Source: a virus. Taken from it: DNA of 64,000 bases. Shown piece after piece: positions 9,467 through 20,239 of the stretch. The DNA lies in IMG/VR virus record IMGVR_UViG_3300008740_000712, positions 1 to 64,000 of that record, one strand, 5' to 3'. The notes beneath the pieces were generated by a model. It worked only from the letters and a program-made list of their open reading frames with translations. It was not told where the DNA came from and searched no databases. A program made the position numbers and the translations under genes. Each line of letters starts with the position of its first letter. Position 1 is the first letter of the stretch.

Positions 9467-10507
9467 TTATTTGATTCCTGCCAAGGTTTTCCACCTTGTT
9501 GAGACAGGCATTTGATTATCATTGTTGGTGTTTTTGCGAGAAACCATCTTTTGATCATTTCTGCTCGTAACTTCACTCAATGTCTGAGGAGTACGAGAAC
9601 TACCGGTGCCGACGGCACTCTGTAGTGTTTCATAAACAACCTTTGCCTCTTCAGGCGTGTTGGATTCTCTAATTGCACCAACAATTTTCTCTTTCTGCCG
9701 CTCATTCAGGGAGCTGACTTCTAAAGTTTTGTTGGTGTAGACCAGTTTTGCGTTTTGCAAAAGCAAGTCTTCAAACACTTCGTTCAAAGATTGAAGTGTT
9801 TCTCTTAGTTTCTCATTTTCTTCAACGATTTGTGCGTTGGAAGTTTTGAGGTTTTTATTATCATTTCCTAGAGTATTAATTGACTCTTGGAGTTTGGTAA
9901 ATTCGTTTGCGAGGTTGAGATTTTCGTTTTTCTCGTCTTCGTCCTCTTTGTCGGTGACTTCACTGTCTTCTTCTTCGACCCTCTCTTCTTCGAGTTCCTG
10001 TGCCTTCTTGATAGGTTCAGTTGTTTCCATTTCGGGCATCTTGTGTTGGTCAGAGACTTTCATTTTTTCTGCCTTTACTTTCGGGGCATCATCCTCATTA
10101 AGTGCAGATAAGATTTGAGCAACAATATCGTCTTCCATGAGTTCATCTTCCTCTTCCTCTTCTTCGGGGGGGATGTCTCCAAGGGCAGTCTCTGTTGACT
10201 CCATGTCACCCATCGAAGGATCTTCATCAGATGCAAGATCTGCCAGATCCGAAAGGTTAATTTCGATTTCCTCGTCTTCTTCAGGGCAAGTGCATGTATT
10301 TTCCCCGTCTGTGGCAGCAAGTGGAATATCGTCAATTGGGTTCGTGGTGGGGGAATTATCCAAATCCATCTCTGCTTCCAGAATGGTGTCAATCCCTTTC
10401 TTAACTTCCTCAGAATACTTCTCAATGATTGATTTTTCAGCAGTTTTCATTGCAGCTTCTCTGAGGGCTTTTGCGTCTACGATTGCTTCTTCTAATAGTG
10501 TGCTCAT
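9467..10507 (-). CDS. Prohead core scaffold protein (gp22-like)
   Basis: Very acidic with a coiled-coil C-half, directly upstream of the capsid gene, ending in RWKTLAGIK. SD AAGGAG. Confidence 0.75.
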   Translation of the reverse strand: MSTLLEEAIVDAKALREAAMKTAEKSIIEKYSEEVKKGIDTILEAEMDLDNSPTTNPIDDIPLAATDGENTCTCPEEDEEIEINLSDLADLASDEDPSMGDMESTETALGDIPPEEEEEEDELMEDDIVAQILSALNEDDAPKVKAEKMKVSDQHKMPEMETTEPIKKAQELEEERVEEEDSEVTDKEDEDEKNENLNLANEFTKLQESINTLGNDNKNLKTSNAQIVEENEKLRETLQSLNEVFEDLLLQNAKLVYTNKTLEVSSLNERQKEKIVGAIRESNTPEEAKVVYETLQSAVGTGSSRTPQTLSEVTSRNDQKMVSRKNTNNDNQMPVSTRWKTLAGIK

Positions 10508-10541
10508 GTGCGGATCTCCTTAGAAATAGTACTATACCTTG

Positions 10542-10549
10542 TAAATAGT
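10542..10549 (-). promoter_or_regulatory. Putative late-promoter motif ACTATTTA upstream of scaffold/capsid
   Basis: Lies between a terminator and the scaffold RBS. An identical octamer occurs at 49280-49287. Confidence 0.45.
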
Positions 10550-10577
10550 AGGATAATAACACAAAAACCTTTTTTGC

Positions 10578-10609
10578 AAAAAAAAACCCGACTCGCAGTG
10601 AGCCGGGTT
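10578..10609 (-). terminator. Intrinsic terminator after the 2,346-aa fibre gene
   Basis: Minus strand AACCCGGCTC-ACTGC-GAGTCGGGTT followed by a long T-run. Confidence 0.9.
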
Positions 10610-10635
10610 GATAATTTTATTATTTTAAGTATCTA

Positions 10636-13600
10636 TTACTCTTCAGCTGCCGTAGCAAATGGTGAGGAGTGCCATACACCCTCTTCGCAAAAATAGAACT
10701 TATTGGAAGTATCAAAGTCATCGTATGCTTTGTGCCCAGATGTCGGATACTTGTTGGTGACATATATCATCTGACCATTAAGAGCACAGTTTGCTGCTCC
10801 GTTGGCAGCACCTGCAAGATACTCCAAGATGTCCTGTTGTGTTGCATCGTTTCCATCAAGTTTGCCCAACTGTAGTGAACCATTGATAGTAACCTTGTCA
10901 GTACCGTCAGTTGCTTGATAGGCAGTACCCAATGTAGCAATCTGAGTGCCCGATCCAGCAACAGTCAAGTGGTCACTCAAGACGGTCGTGCCTGCGGCCA
11001 GACTTGTCAGAGTACCAACACTTGTTAGTGATGATGCGACAACAGCACTACCTAGAGTAGTTGCACTCAAGGTGACAGCTCCGTTAATCTTAAACGATTT
11101 TCCACTTGCAAGATCCATGTGTTCACTGGAAGTCCAAGAATCCGTAGCATCAACCCAATTAAAGGTTTTGTCACTATTGGATGATTTCAAAGTAATACCA
11201 CCACCATCTACGGCAGCATCATTACCTTCAGCACCACTCGGACTGTGAGCAAGTTCAATGTTCTTGTCATCAATTTGAACTGTTGTTGAGTTGACAATGT
11301 TTGTCGTACCATTAACAGTCAAGTTTCCAGGAATTGTTACGTTTGCTCCATCTAAAGTAATTGCAGTTGTTCCACCACTACTCTTAATGTCGTTACCCGT
11401 AACAGTCAAATCACCTCCAACAGTCACGTTGTCAGGAAGAGCAAACGTGATTGTGTTGTTGCTAACAGTGGTCGTGATTTCATTCGCAGTACCTGCGAAC
11501 TCAAGAGTGTCAGTACCAACAGTTACAGCATCGTCAGATCCACTATCCGCACCGATTGTTAGTGTACCAGCAGTAGCAGACAATTGACCATTACTTGCAG
11601 TGATGCCCGTACCGGCCATTCCAGCAACAAGATCGGCAATTGACTCTTTCTTGGTAGAATTGTCAGTTGCATCAATTATCGCAATACTATCAGCAGACAC
11701 GGCAACTGTTGCAGCAGTCAACTCATTCAAGTCAAGGGACAAAACACCGGATGTAGGCTTCAAACCATCACCTGCGGTAGCAGTTATCAAGTCAGCAATG
11801 CTTTCCTTTTTGGTAGAATTGTCATCTGCATCAATTATCGCAATGCTATCGGAAGCAACAGCAACTGTTGCAGCAGTCAACTCATTCAAGTCAAGAGACA
11901 AAACACCAGATGTTGGTTTCAAACCATCACCTGCGGTAGCAGTTATCAAGTCAGCAATGCTTTCCTTCTTTGTTGCGTCACTAGCATCTGCGTCCATGAA
12001 GACAAAACTATCGTTAGCAACATTGATGGCAGCAGCACCTACTTCGTTCAAGTCAACAGACAAGACAGCAGAAGCAGCAGCAAGACCAGTTCCTGCGAAC
12101 AAGGTAGCAATGTCGTCGATGCTCTCTTTCTTGGTACTGTTGTCAGTCGCATCTACGAATACAAAGTTATCACCAGAAGCAACAGCAGCAGCACTCAGTT
12201 CATTAGCATCCAGAGAAAGGACACCAGAGGCAGCGGCAAGGCCAACACCTGCGGTAGCAGTCATCAAGTCAGCAATAGTTTCTTTTTTGGAAGAATTATC
12301 ATCTGCGTCAATAATTGCAATACTGTCAGAAGCAACTGCAACAGCTGCTGCACTCAACTCATTCAAGTCCAGTGCTAAAGTGGTAGTTGCACCAAGTGCG
12401 GTTGATCCACCACCAGACAAACCATTACCGGCAGTTATTGTAGTTGTACTATTTGCCAACATAGCATTAGTAACACCACTTGCCTTGATCCTCAGAGCAT
12501 CACTGTTAGTTTCGATAGAACTATTATCAACACCGACAGCAAGAACACCCGAAGAGGCAGACAAACCATCACCAGCAGCAGCAGTCATCAAGTCAGCAAT
12601 ACTCTCCTTTTTGGAAGAATTATCATCTGCATCGATGATTGCAATGCTATCTGCACCAACTGCAACAGCTGCGGCAGTCAGTTCATTCAAGTCAAGTGCC
12701 AGAGAGGTTGATGCACCGAGTGCTGGAGTTCCACCACCGGAAAGACCGTTACCTGCTGTAACTCCCACTGTGCTGTTTGCCAACATAGCATTAGTAACAC
12801 CACTTGCCTTAACCCTAAGTGCATCGCCGTTTGTCTCGATTGAACTATCATCAACCCCAACAGACAAGACTCCGGAACTATGAGCAAGACCATCTCCTGC
12901 GACGGCAGCAGCAACTTTGGCAGCACCATTCGCATCGATAACAGTAGCGTTATTGATCTTATAAGCATTGCCTGATGCCAAGTTCATGTGATCGGTAACG
13001 TCAAAGCTATCAACACCATCGTACAAGAATGAAGCAGAAACTTCACCACCGTCAGTGTCATCTGAGCAGAAGGCAAGACCAGCACCACCAGCAGCAGCAA
13101 TCTCCGCATTTGAAGATCCTGTTGCGAGCAAGAATACTTTGTCCTGAATCTCTACAGCTGTACTGTTGACTGTAGTGGTCGTACCATTTACAATCAAGTT
13201 TCCAGTAATCGTTGCGTTTCTAGTAACAGTTAAATCCTGACCAATTGTCACGTCGTTTGGTTGTGAGAATGTGATCGTATTATCACTGACAGTAGTCACG
13301 ATCTCATTCGCAGTACCTGCGAACTCAAGAGTGTCAGTACCAACAGTCACTGTGTCATCAGAACCTGAATCCGCACCGATTGTTAGTGTACCGTTTGCTC
13401 CAGCCAAGACACCGTTTGTTGCAGTGAGGTTTGAACCTGCGATTGCAGCAACGAAGTCAGCAATGCTTTCTTTCTTTGTTGCATCACTAGCATCTGCGTC
13501 CATGAAGACAAAACTATCGTTAGCAACATTGATGGCAGCAGCACCTACTTCGTCCAAATCAACAGACAAGACACCGGCCGAGGCACCAAGACCTACACCA

Positions 13601-16600
13601 GCAGTAGCAGTCATCAAGTCAGCAATAGTTTCTTTTTTGGAAGAATTATCATCTGCGTCAATGATTGCAATGCTATCTGCACCAACCGCAACGGTAGCAG
13701 CAGTCAACTCATTCAAGTCAAGAGATAAAACACCGGATGTTGGTTTCAGACCATCACCTGCTGTTGCAGTTATTAGGTCAGCAATGCTTTCCTTCTTTGT
13801 TGCATCACTGGCATTTGCGTCCATGAAGACGAAACTGTCGGTGGCAACGTCGATGGCAGCAGCACCTACTTCGTTCAAGTCAACAGACAAGACAGCAGAA
13901 GCAGCAGCAAGACCAGTTCCTGCGAACAAGGTTGCAATGTCGTCAATGCTCTCTTTCTTGGTGCTGTTGTCAGTTGCATCTACGAACACAAAGTTGTCAC
14001 CAGAAGCAACAGCAGCAGCACTTAGTTCATTGGCATCCAAAGAGAGGACACCAGAAGCAGCAGCAAGACCAGTTCCGGCCGCGGCAGTCATCAAGTCAGC
14101 AATGCTTTCCTTTTTGGTAGAATTGTCACCTGCATCAATGATTGCAATACTGTCAGAAGCAACAGCAACGTCGGCAGCAGTCAATTCATTCAAGTCAAGA
14201 GACAAGACACCGGATGTAGGCTTCAAACCATCACCTGCGGTTGCAGTTATCAAGTCAGCAATGCTCTCCTTTTTAGAGGAGTTATCGTCTGCATCAATAA
14301 TTGCTATGCTATCTGCACCGACAGCAACGGTAGCAGCAGTCAACTCATTCAAGTCAAGTGCTAGAGATGTTGATGCACCGAGTGCAGTTGAACCACCTCC
14401 AGACAAACCGTCACCTGCGGTAACTCCCACTGTACTATTTGCTAACATGGCATTGGTAACACCACTTGCTTTGACTCTAAGTGCGTCACCGCTTGTCTCG
14501 ATTGAACTATCGTCAACACCAACAGATAAGACACCAGAACTGTGAGCAAGACCATCTCCCGCAACAGCAGCAGCTACTTTAGCAGCACCGTTTGCATCGA
14601 TAACAGTAGCGTTATTGATCTTATAAGCATTGCCTGATGCCAAGTTCATATGATCAGTAACGTCGAAACTATCAACACCATCGTATAGGAACGAGGCAGA
14701 GATAGCACCGTCTAGGTCGTCAGAGCAGAATGCAAGACCGGCACCACCAGCAGCAGCAATTTCTGCATTGGAAGAACCTGTTGCGATCAAGAAGATCTTA
14801 TCTTGAATCTCTACTGTAGTACTATTAACTGTAGTGGTTGTTCCCTCAACGGTCAAATTACCATTAACAGTTAGATTATTACCAACAGTCACGTTATTCG
14901 GAAGACCAAATGTGATCTTGTTGTCAGTCACAGCAGTCTCGATTTCGTTAGCAGTACCTTCAAAATCAATGGTATCAGTACCAACAGTTACATTATCAGG
15001 TGATCCTGAATCAGCAGTGATGGTTAGTGTTGCAGAAGAACCTGCTAAGACACCGTTTGTTGCAGTGAGGTTTGCACCTGCGATGGCAGCAACGAAGTCA
15101 GCAATGCTTTCCTTCTTTGTTGCGTTACTGCCGTCAGCATCGATGATTGCAAAACTATCGTTAGCAACACTGATTGTTGCAGCAGCTGCTTGGTTTAAAT
15201 CAACAGATAAAACACCAGAAGTAGCAGTAAGACCAGTTCCCGCAGTGGCAGAGATGACATCAGCAATTGCCTCTTTCTTGGTAGAATTGTCATCTGCATC
15301 GATGATTGCAATGCTATCGGAAGCAACGGCAACAGTGGCAGCACTCAACTCATTCAAGTCAAGAGACAAGACACCAGATGTTGGTTTTAATCCGTCACCC
15401 GCGGTAGCAGTTATCAGGTCAGCAATGCTTTCTTTCTTTGTTGCATCACTAGCATCTGCGTCCATAAAGACGAGACTATCAGCAGCAACATTGATGGCAG
15501 CAGCACCTACTTCATTCAAATCAACAGACAAGACACCAGAAGCAGCAGCAAGACCAGTTCCTGCGGTTGCGGCAATGAGGTCAGTGATACTCTCCTTTTT
15601 AGAGGAGTTATCGTCTGCATCAATAATTGCGATGCTATCTGCACCGACAGCAACAGTAGCTGCACTCAGTTCATTCAAGTCGAGTGCCAAGGACGTTGCA
15701 GCACCGAGATCAACCTCACCACCACCAGACAAACCATTGCCCGCTGTGACTGTGACTGAATCGTTTGTCAACTTACTGTTCGCAATAGAACCTGCCAACA
15801 TTGCATTGGTAACACCGAGTGCCTTAACATTGAGTGTATCACCGGTTATCTGAATGGAACTATCATCAACCCCAACAGACAAGACTCCGGAACTGTGAGC
15901 AAGACCTGCACCTGCAACAGTAGCAGTAACCTTCTCAGCACCACTTGCGTCAATGACGGTAGCGTTATTGATCTTATAAGCATTGCCTGATGCCAAGTTC
16001 ATGTGATCAGTGACATCGAAACTGTCAACACCATCGTACAAAAATGAAGCAGAAACCTCACCACCGTCGGTGTCATCAGAACAGAACATAAGACCAGCAC
16101 CACCGGCAGCAGCAATTTCTGCGTTGGAAGATCCTGTTGCAAGTAAGAATACTTTGTCCTGAATCTCCACAGCTGTGCTGTTAAACGTGGTTGTTGTTCC
16201 CTCTACGGTTAAATCACCAGTGACAGTTAAATTGTTACCAATTGTCACGTTATCTGGCAATGCGAATGTAATCGTATTATCACTGACAGTAGTCGTAATT
16301 TCATTCGCAGTACCTGCGAACTCAAGAGTGTCAGTACCAACAGTTACAGTATCGTCAGATCCACTATCTGCACCGACTGTTAGTGTCGCAGAAGAACCTG
16401 CTAGGACACCGTTTGTTGCAGTGAGGTTTGAACCTGCGATTGCAGCAACGAAGTCAGCAATGCTTTCTTTCTTTGTTGCATTACTGTCGTCTGCGTCAAT
16501 GATTGCAAAACTGTCGTTAGCAACATTGATGGTAGCAGCAGCTGCCTCGCTTAAATCAACAGATAAAACACCAGATGCGACACCAAGACCGGTGCCTGCG

Positions 16601-17676
16601 GCAGCAGTGAATACGTCCGAAAGTGACTCTTTCTTTGGATTATTGCTGTCATCTGCGTCGATTATTGCAATGCTATCATTAGCAAGAGATACCGTTGCGG
16701 CATTTAAACTATTCAAGTCTAAGTTTATTGTAGAACTTGCACCAAGTGCAGTTGCTCCACCGCCGCTCAAACCCGTTCCTGCTGCGAATGTCACAGAAGC
16801 ATTTGCCAACATAGCATTGGTAACACCACTTGCTTTGACTCTAAGTGCATCACTGTTTATTTCGATGGATGAACCATCAACACCGACTGCGAGAACACCG
16901 GATGAAGCAGCAAGACCGTTTCCGGCAGCGGCAGTCATCAAGTCAGCAATTGCTTCCTTCTTCGTGACATTGCTATCGTTTGCATCAATGATCGCGATGC
17001 TATCGGCAGCAACATCTACAGTCGCGGCAGATGCTTCGTTCAAGTCAACAGACAAGACACCAGAAGCAGCACCAAGACCAGTACCTGCCATTGCAGTTAC
17101 AACATCAGCAATTGCTTCCTTCTTCGGTGCGTTGCTATCATTAGCATCAACAATTGCGATACTATCATTTGCAACATCTACGGCGGCAGCTGCCAATTCA
17201 TTTATATCCAAACTAAGTGCGGTGCCACCACCACCTGCAAGTCCGGCACCTGCTGCTGATGTAGCAATCTGTGTTACACCATTAGAATTTATTGTGACCT
17301 GACCAGACAAAGATTTGTTATCCCAACTGTTAGAACCATCATAGATCAAAACTTGACCAGAAGATGGTGTTGAAATTGCCGTGTCGGATGCGGCAGCGAT
17401 TGTCGAAATCGTTGTATCTTCCAACTTCTCAATTGCCTTTTGGACTGTATCTGTAGATCCACCCCAAGCAGTATTGGTATCGTCATACCCCAACTTACCA
17501 GCCATTGCAGACGCGGTTAAACCAATCGTCCCCAATGTTCCATCAGTCGCAGATGCCGTTATGACATGGCCTATTGCAACATTCTTTAATTTTAACTTTG
17601 CGGTTTGATTGTCAAGGACTTCGAATACCGTCGTATTCGATCCTGTAATTACCGCTAAACCTCTAGGTTGTACCAT
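10636..17676 (-). CDS. 2,346-aa Ala/Asp/Gly/Ser-rich repeat fibre protein (probable virion head/tail fibre)
   Basis: 20 copies of a ~53-aa unit (SLDLNEL.AA.V.V..DSIAIIDADDNS.KKESIAD) in four blocks. Located next to the head genes. SD GGAGG. Confidence 0.75.
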   Translation of the reverse strand: MVQPRGLAVITGSNTTVFEVLDNQTAKLKLKNVAIGHVITASATDGTLGTIGLTASAMAGKLGYDDTNTAWGGSTDTVQKAIEKLEDTTISTIAAASDTAISTPSSGQVLIYDGSNSWDNKSLSGQVTINSNGVTQIATSAAGAGLAGGGGTALSLDINELAAAAVDVANDSIAIVDANDSNAPKKEAIADVVTAMAGTGLGAASGVLSVDLNEASAATVDVAADSIAIIDANDSNVTKKEAIADLMTAAAGNGLAASSGVLAVGVDGSSIEINSDALRVKASGVTNAMLANASVTFAAGTGLSGGGATALGASSTINLDLNSLNAATVSLANDSIAIIDADDSNNPKKESLSDVFTAAAGTGLGVASGVLSVDLSEAAAATINVANDSFAIIDADDSNATKKESIADFVAAIAGSNLTATNGVLAGSSATLTVGADSGSDDTVTVGTDTLEFAGTANEITTTVSDNTITFALPDNVTIGNNLTVTGDLTVEGTTTTFNSTAVEIQDKVFLLATGSSNAEIAAAGGAGLMFCSDDTDGGEVSASFLYDGVDSFDVTDHMNLASGNAYKINNATVIDASGAEKVTATVAGAGLAHSSGVLSVGVDDSSIQITGDTLNVKALGVTNAMLAGSIANSKLTNDSVTVTAGNGLSGGGEVDLGAATSLALDLNELSAATVAVGADSIAIIDADDNSSKKESITDLIAATAGTGLAAASGVLSVDLNEVGAAAINVAADSLVFMDADASDATKKESIADLITATAGDGLKPTSGVLSLDLNELSAATVAVASDSIAIIDADDNSTKKEAIADVISATAGTGLTATSGVLSVDLNQAAAATISVANDSFAIIDADGSNATKKESIADFVAAIAGANLTATNGVLAGSSATLTITADSGSPDNVTVGTDTIDFEGTANEIETAVTDNKITFGLPNNVTVGNNLTVNGNLTVEGTTTTVNSTTVEIQDKIFLIATGSSNAEIAAAGGAGLAFCSDDLDGAISASFLYDGVDSFDVTDHMNLASGNAYKINNATVIDANGAAKVAAAVAGDGLAHSSGVLSVGVDDSSIETSGDALRVKASGVTNAMLANSTVGVTAGDGLSGGGSTALGASTSLALDLNELTAATVAVGADSIAIIDADDNSSKKESIADLITATAGDGLKPTSGVLSLDLNELTAADVAVASDSIAIIDAGDNSTKKESIADLMTAAAGTGLAAASGVLSLDANELSAAAVASGDNFVFVDATDNSTKKESIDDIATLFAGTGLAAASAVLSVDLNEVGAAAIDVATDSFVFMDANASDATKKESIADLITATAGDGLKPTSGVLSLDLNELTAATVAVGADSIAIIDADDNSSKKETIADLMTATAGVGLGASAGVLSVDLDEVGAAAINVANDSFVFMDADASDATKKESIADFVAAIAGSNLTATNGVLAGANGTLTIGADSGSDDTVTVGTDTLEFAGTANEIVTTVSDNTITFSQPNDVTIGQDLTVTRNATITGNLIVNGTTTTVNSTAVEIQDKVFLLATGSSNAEIAAAGGAGLAFCSDDTDGGEVSASFLYDGVDSFDVTDHMNLASGNAYKINNATVIDANGAAKVAAAVAGDGLAHSSGVLSVGVDDSSIETNGDALRVKASGVTNAMLANSTVGVTAGNGLSGGGTPALGASTSLALDLNELTAAAVAVGADSIAIIDADDNSSKKESIADLMTAAAGDGLSASSGVLAVGVDNSSIETNSDALRIKASGVTNAMLANSTTTITAGNGLSGGGSTALGATTTLALDLNELSAAAVAVASDSIAIIDADDNSSKKETIADLMTATAGVGLAAASGVLSLDANELSAAAVASGDNFVFVDATDNSTKKESIDDIATLFAGTGLAAASAVLSVDLNEVGAAAINVANDSFVFMDADASDATKKESIADLITATAGDGLKPTSGVLSLDLNELTAATVAVASDSIAIIDADDNSTKKESIADLITATAGDGLKPTSGVLSLDLNELTAATVAVSADSIAIIDATDNSTKKESIADLVAGMAGTGITASNGQLSATAGTLTIGADSGSDDAVTVGTDTLEFAGTANEITTTVSNNTITFALPDNVTVGGDLTVTGNDIKSSGGTTAITLDGANVTIPGNLTVNGTTNIVNSTTVQIDDKNIELAHSPSGAEGNDAAVDGGGITLKSSNSDKTFNWVDATDSWTSSEHMDLASGKSFKINGAVTLSATTLGSAVVASSLTSVGTLTSLAAGTTVLSDHLTVAGSGTQIATLGTAYQATDGTDKVTINGSLQLGKLDGNDATQQDILEYLAGAANGAANCALNGQMIYVTNKYPTSGHKAYDDFDTSNKFYFCEEGVWHSSPFATAAEE
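11600..17250 (-). repeat. Hierarchical intragenic repeats: ~159-nt units arranged 4/4/6/6 between ~0.7-0.9-kb spacer modules
   Basis: For example, aaaccatcacctgcggtagcagttatcaagtcagcaatgct occurs at 11762 and 11921. The spacer FCSDD.DG..SASFLYDGVDSFDVTDHMNLASGNAYKINNA occurs three times near-identically. Confidence 0.9.
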
Positions 17677-17743
17677 TTTTTATCCCTCCGTTCGTTTAAG
17701 AACTTTTTAATTAATTAATTAATCTAAATTAAACCCTTTTGTA

Positions 17744-18154
17744 TTATACAAATTTATCCGCATTCCACTGTCCGTCGCGGCAGAAGTACCATCGATGCCC
17801 TTTGCCGAAGTAAGTGCCACAATCTGCCGTAACTGTTGTCGAACCAACTGTTGCACCCGCAGTAAGACCTGCGGAATTCAAATAAATCATATATCCATTG
17901 TATTGTGTCGGGTTTCCTGCTAAAGTATTCAAGATAACCACGTCACTTTCAGTAGTGCCACTGTATCTTGGTATTTGCATTGAACCGTTTATCTTAACAA
18001 CGTCTGCAACATTGTTAGTTCTTCGTCCTAGCTCGGCGCTGCCTGAAATCCCCAATTGGAATCCATTAACAGTATTACCGAAGACAACTTCTCCATCGTC
18101 CATAAAACTATGGACGGTACTGCTTCCCGAAACTACTTGTAAACCCCTTCTCAT
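17744..18154 (-). CDS. 136-aa hypothetical virion-associated protein; minimal member of the RGLQV.SGS / YFC..G.W family
   Basis: SD AGGAG. Its N- and C-terminal motifs are shared with the 2,346-aa and 337-aa proteins. Confidence 0.75.
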   Translation of the reverse strand: MRRGLQVVSGSSTVHSFMDDGEVVFGNTVNGFQLGISGSAELGRRTNNVADVVKINGSMQIPRYSGTTESDVVILNTLAGNPTQYNGYMIYLNSAGLTAGATVGSTTVTADCGTYFGKGHRWYFCRDGQWNADKFV

Positions 18155-18173
18155 TTTTTATATCTCCTGTTTT

Positions 18174-20210
18174 TTAAAGAACTGTATCTGTTTTGATAGT
18201 AAACTCATCAACATAATAGGATGTGTCTAGTCTCTGTCCCGTACTCGAACTCAGTGCAACCCAATACCCATTGTGTGTGCCGTTGGGAACCCTGACTCTC
18301 TGTGTTTCATCGAGATTATCGTCCCACCAGTGCCTATAGTTTGCTGCATCGTTATAGACGTAATACGGTGAAGAACCTAATTCAGCATAAGATCCTCCGG
18401 GTTCACGAGCATAGCATCTAATCTTGTCGTAATTATGACCAGCCGGAATTACTTCCAACTTCAACTGATACCATTTGTCTCTCGCAATAGTTACACCTGA
18501 CCAAGACAAGTCTTTGTCTCCAGAACTTTCGAGAGTTGTTCCATCCAACCACTCATCTGCGTTTCTCATGCTCAAACGTATTGCTGGTGTATCTCCCATG
18601 TCATTGCCGTCTTTGAACGTACCAAACTTTAGGGCATATCCCTTAATGTTGTCCATTTGATGCCCAAAGGGTGAAGTTGCCTTAGCAACTAGGGCAACCT
18701 GACTTCCTGCATGTCTTGCATCGTCGGTTTCTTCTGCACGAACCCACATAGTCATCTGTACTGCCTCTGTTGACTTCATCTTATAATATGCACCCCCATC
18801 TACAGAAGACTTGACAAATGCACCACCACCAACTTCGTTAAGTTTTACGGGCCCTACAACTCCAGATCCTGTGTTTTCCATTTTGTACCTTCGGCACCCG
18901 GTGCCTTGGCTCTCTCCGGATAGAGGATTTGATAACAAACTGTGAGCATATGCGAGTCCGATTTTTCCACCGTCGAATTGCGGCAGGTAAGTCGAAGAGG
19001 ACATAACCATATCGAGTCGATCTGCCAAATACATTTCCATTTGCTGTCGTCTGACGTGTGAAAGAGAATCATCAAAACCAAAATACTCATGAACTCCATT
19101 GATGTAGTCGTCGGTCATATCGTTTGAATCAATATCACCACCACCTGCGGAGGGAGATGCACCAATCTTAACCCCCATGTAAGAGCTATCATTCTTCGGG
19201 GCAGTGTTGTCAGTAGCACTCTTCTTAACTTGTGCTTGCTGCTCTCCAGCAAGATACATGCTTGCAGTAACTTGTTCGGCAGGGTTAGTCTGGTTGTCGT
19301 ATGTCATTGATAAAACGTGCCAACCTGTTGCCAAGTCTGTAGTGGTTCCCCTTGTTTCCACCGTATCGCTATTGTCCTTCTCTCTATAGAAGAATGTTGT
19401 CGTCCGGTAATCCGATCCTCCGTCATGAACCAGTCCGACGGCAAATGTGTCGTGTTCGCTGGAGTACAGTTGGTGAGGGTACGTTGCGGGGTAGGTGCAG
19501 AGAAGGGGGTAGGTTCTATCATCCTGATGGTGTGCTCCTTGTCCACCTTCATCTGCTTTGTAGGTCATTGTCATAAACGTCGAACGGCCGCCGGGGAAAC
19601 ACTTGGTGGTGGTGGAATCGGCACCATCTTGAGTAATATTCCCAGAAACCCAAGTTGAATATCCATCCATGTTTTCACCGTACCTGTCACCGCTGGTTGG
19701 TCCCAATCCGGAATAGTATGCTATAGTTCTATCTCCATGATACCTGGAGTCTCCCATCATGAAATTCTGGTCGTCTCCGTGGATTCGATGGTTTGAATTA
19801 GGAATGCCAGCATCAAATGAGCTAGAAAGCCTCCCAATCCTTTGGTATTCATTTGCCAGTGGATAGAGGTGTCGAGTTGAGATACGGTCACTTCCCTGAT
19901 CCCAAGCTTTGCCGGTGTATGTGAATGATTTGGAATTTCCTGAAACATCCCATATTACCTCAATCGCACCACTTCGGTGGAATTCGAAACTTCCTGTTAC
20001 TACTCTCTCATGTGTTTCCCAATAGTATCCACGAGTTGAAACGCATCCCGGATCGAACTTATACCAAAATGCCAACCGGGCATTGCCAGAAAGTGAAATA
20101 TCAAGGGCCTTATCTTGTCCCGAAACAGTAATGCCATTGTAGGGGTCAGATCCCGAAATGGATCTGGGGTCGTGAGGTTGACCCACGAAAGTAAAATCTG
20201 ATTTTGCCAT
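18174..20210 (-). CDS. 678-aa ConA/LamG-like beta-sandwich protein, paralog 3 (putative receptor-binding/adhesin)
   Basis: N-terminal VGQPHDPRSISGSDPYN, plus HVLSMTYDN, FDDSLS..RRQQMEMYL and IKGYALKFGT, shared with two neighbours. Confidence 0.7.
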   Translation of the reverse strand: MAKSDFTFVGQPHDPRSISGSDPYNGITVSGQDKALDISLSGNARLAFWYKFDPGCVSTRGYYWETHERVVTGSFEFHRSGAIEVIWDVSGNSKSFTYTGKAWDQGSDRISTRHLYPLANEYQRIGRLSSSFDAGIPNSNHRIHGDDQNFMMGDSRYHGDRTIAYYSGLGPTSGDRYGENMDGYSTWVSGNITQDGADSTTTKCFPGGRSTFMTMTYKADEGGQGAHHQDDRTYPLLCTYPATYPHQLYSSEHDTFAVGLVHDGGSDYRTTTFFYREKDNSDTVETRGTTTDLATGWHVLSMTYDNQTNPAEQVTASMYLAGEQQAQVKKSATDNTAPKNDSSYMGVKIGASPSAGGGDIDSNDMTDDYINGVHEYFGFDDSLSHVRRQQMEMYLADRLDMVMSSSTYLPQFDGGKIGLAYAHSLLSNPLSGESQGTGCRRYKMENTGSGVVGPVKLNEVGGGAFVKSSVDGGAYYKMKSTEAVQMTMWVRAEETDDARHAGSQVALVAKATSPFGHQMDNIKGYALKFGTFKDGNDMGDTPAIRLSMRNADEWLDGTTLESSGDKDLSWSGVTIARDKWYQLKLEVIPAGHNYDKIRCYAREPGGSYAELGSSPYYVYNDAANYRHWWDDNLDETQRVRVPNGTHNGYWVALSSSTGQRLDTSYYVDEFTIKTDTVL
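20135..20189. repeat. 55-nt direct repeat copy 1 (2 mismatches to 22186-22240)
   Basis: cattgtaggggtcagatcc[c/t]gaaatggatctggggtcgtg[a/g]ggttgacccacgaa. Confidence 0.9.
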
Positions 20211-20239
20211 TTTTAATAATCTCCTTTATTATTTAATTT

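Noticed and set aside
11600-17302. Long plus-strand ORFs (11600..12883, 13271..14545, 14834..15853, 16175..17302)
   Set aside because: They are antisense shadows of the repetitive minus-strand fibre gene, with no RBS and a composition that mirrors its codon bias.
17705-17725. (TTAA)n run upstream of the giant fibre gene
   Set aside because: It is low-complexity AT-rich spacer. It may contain a promoter variant but is not distinguishable from background.
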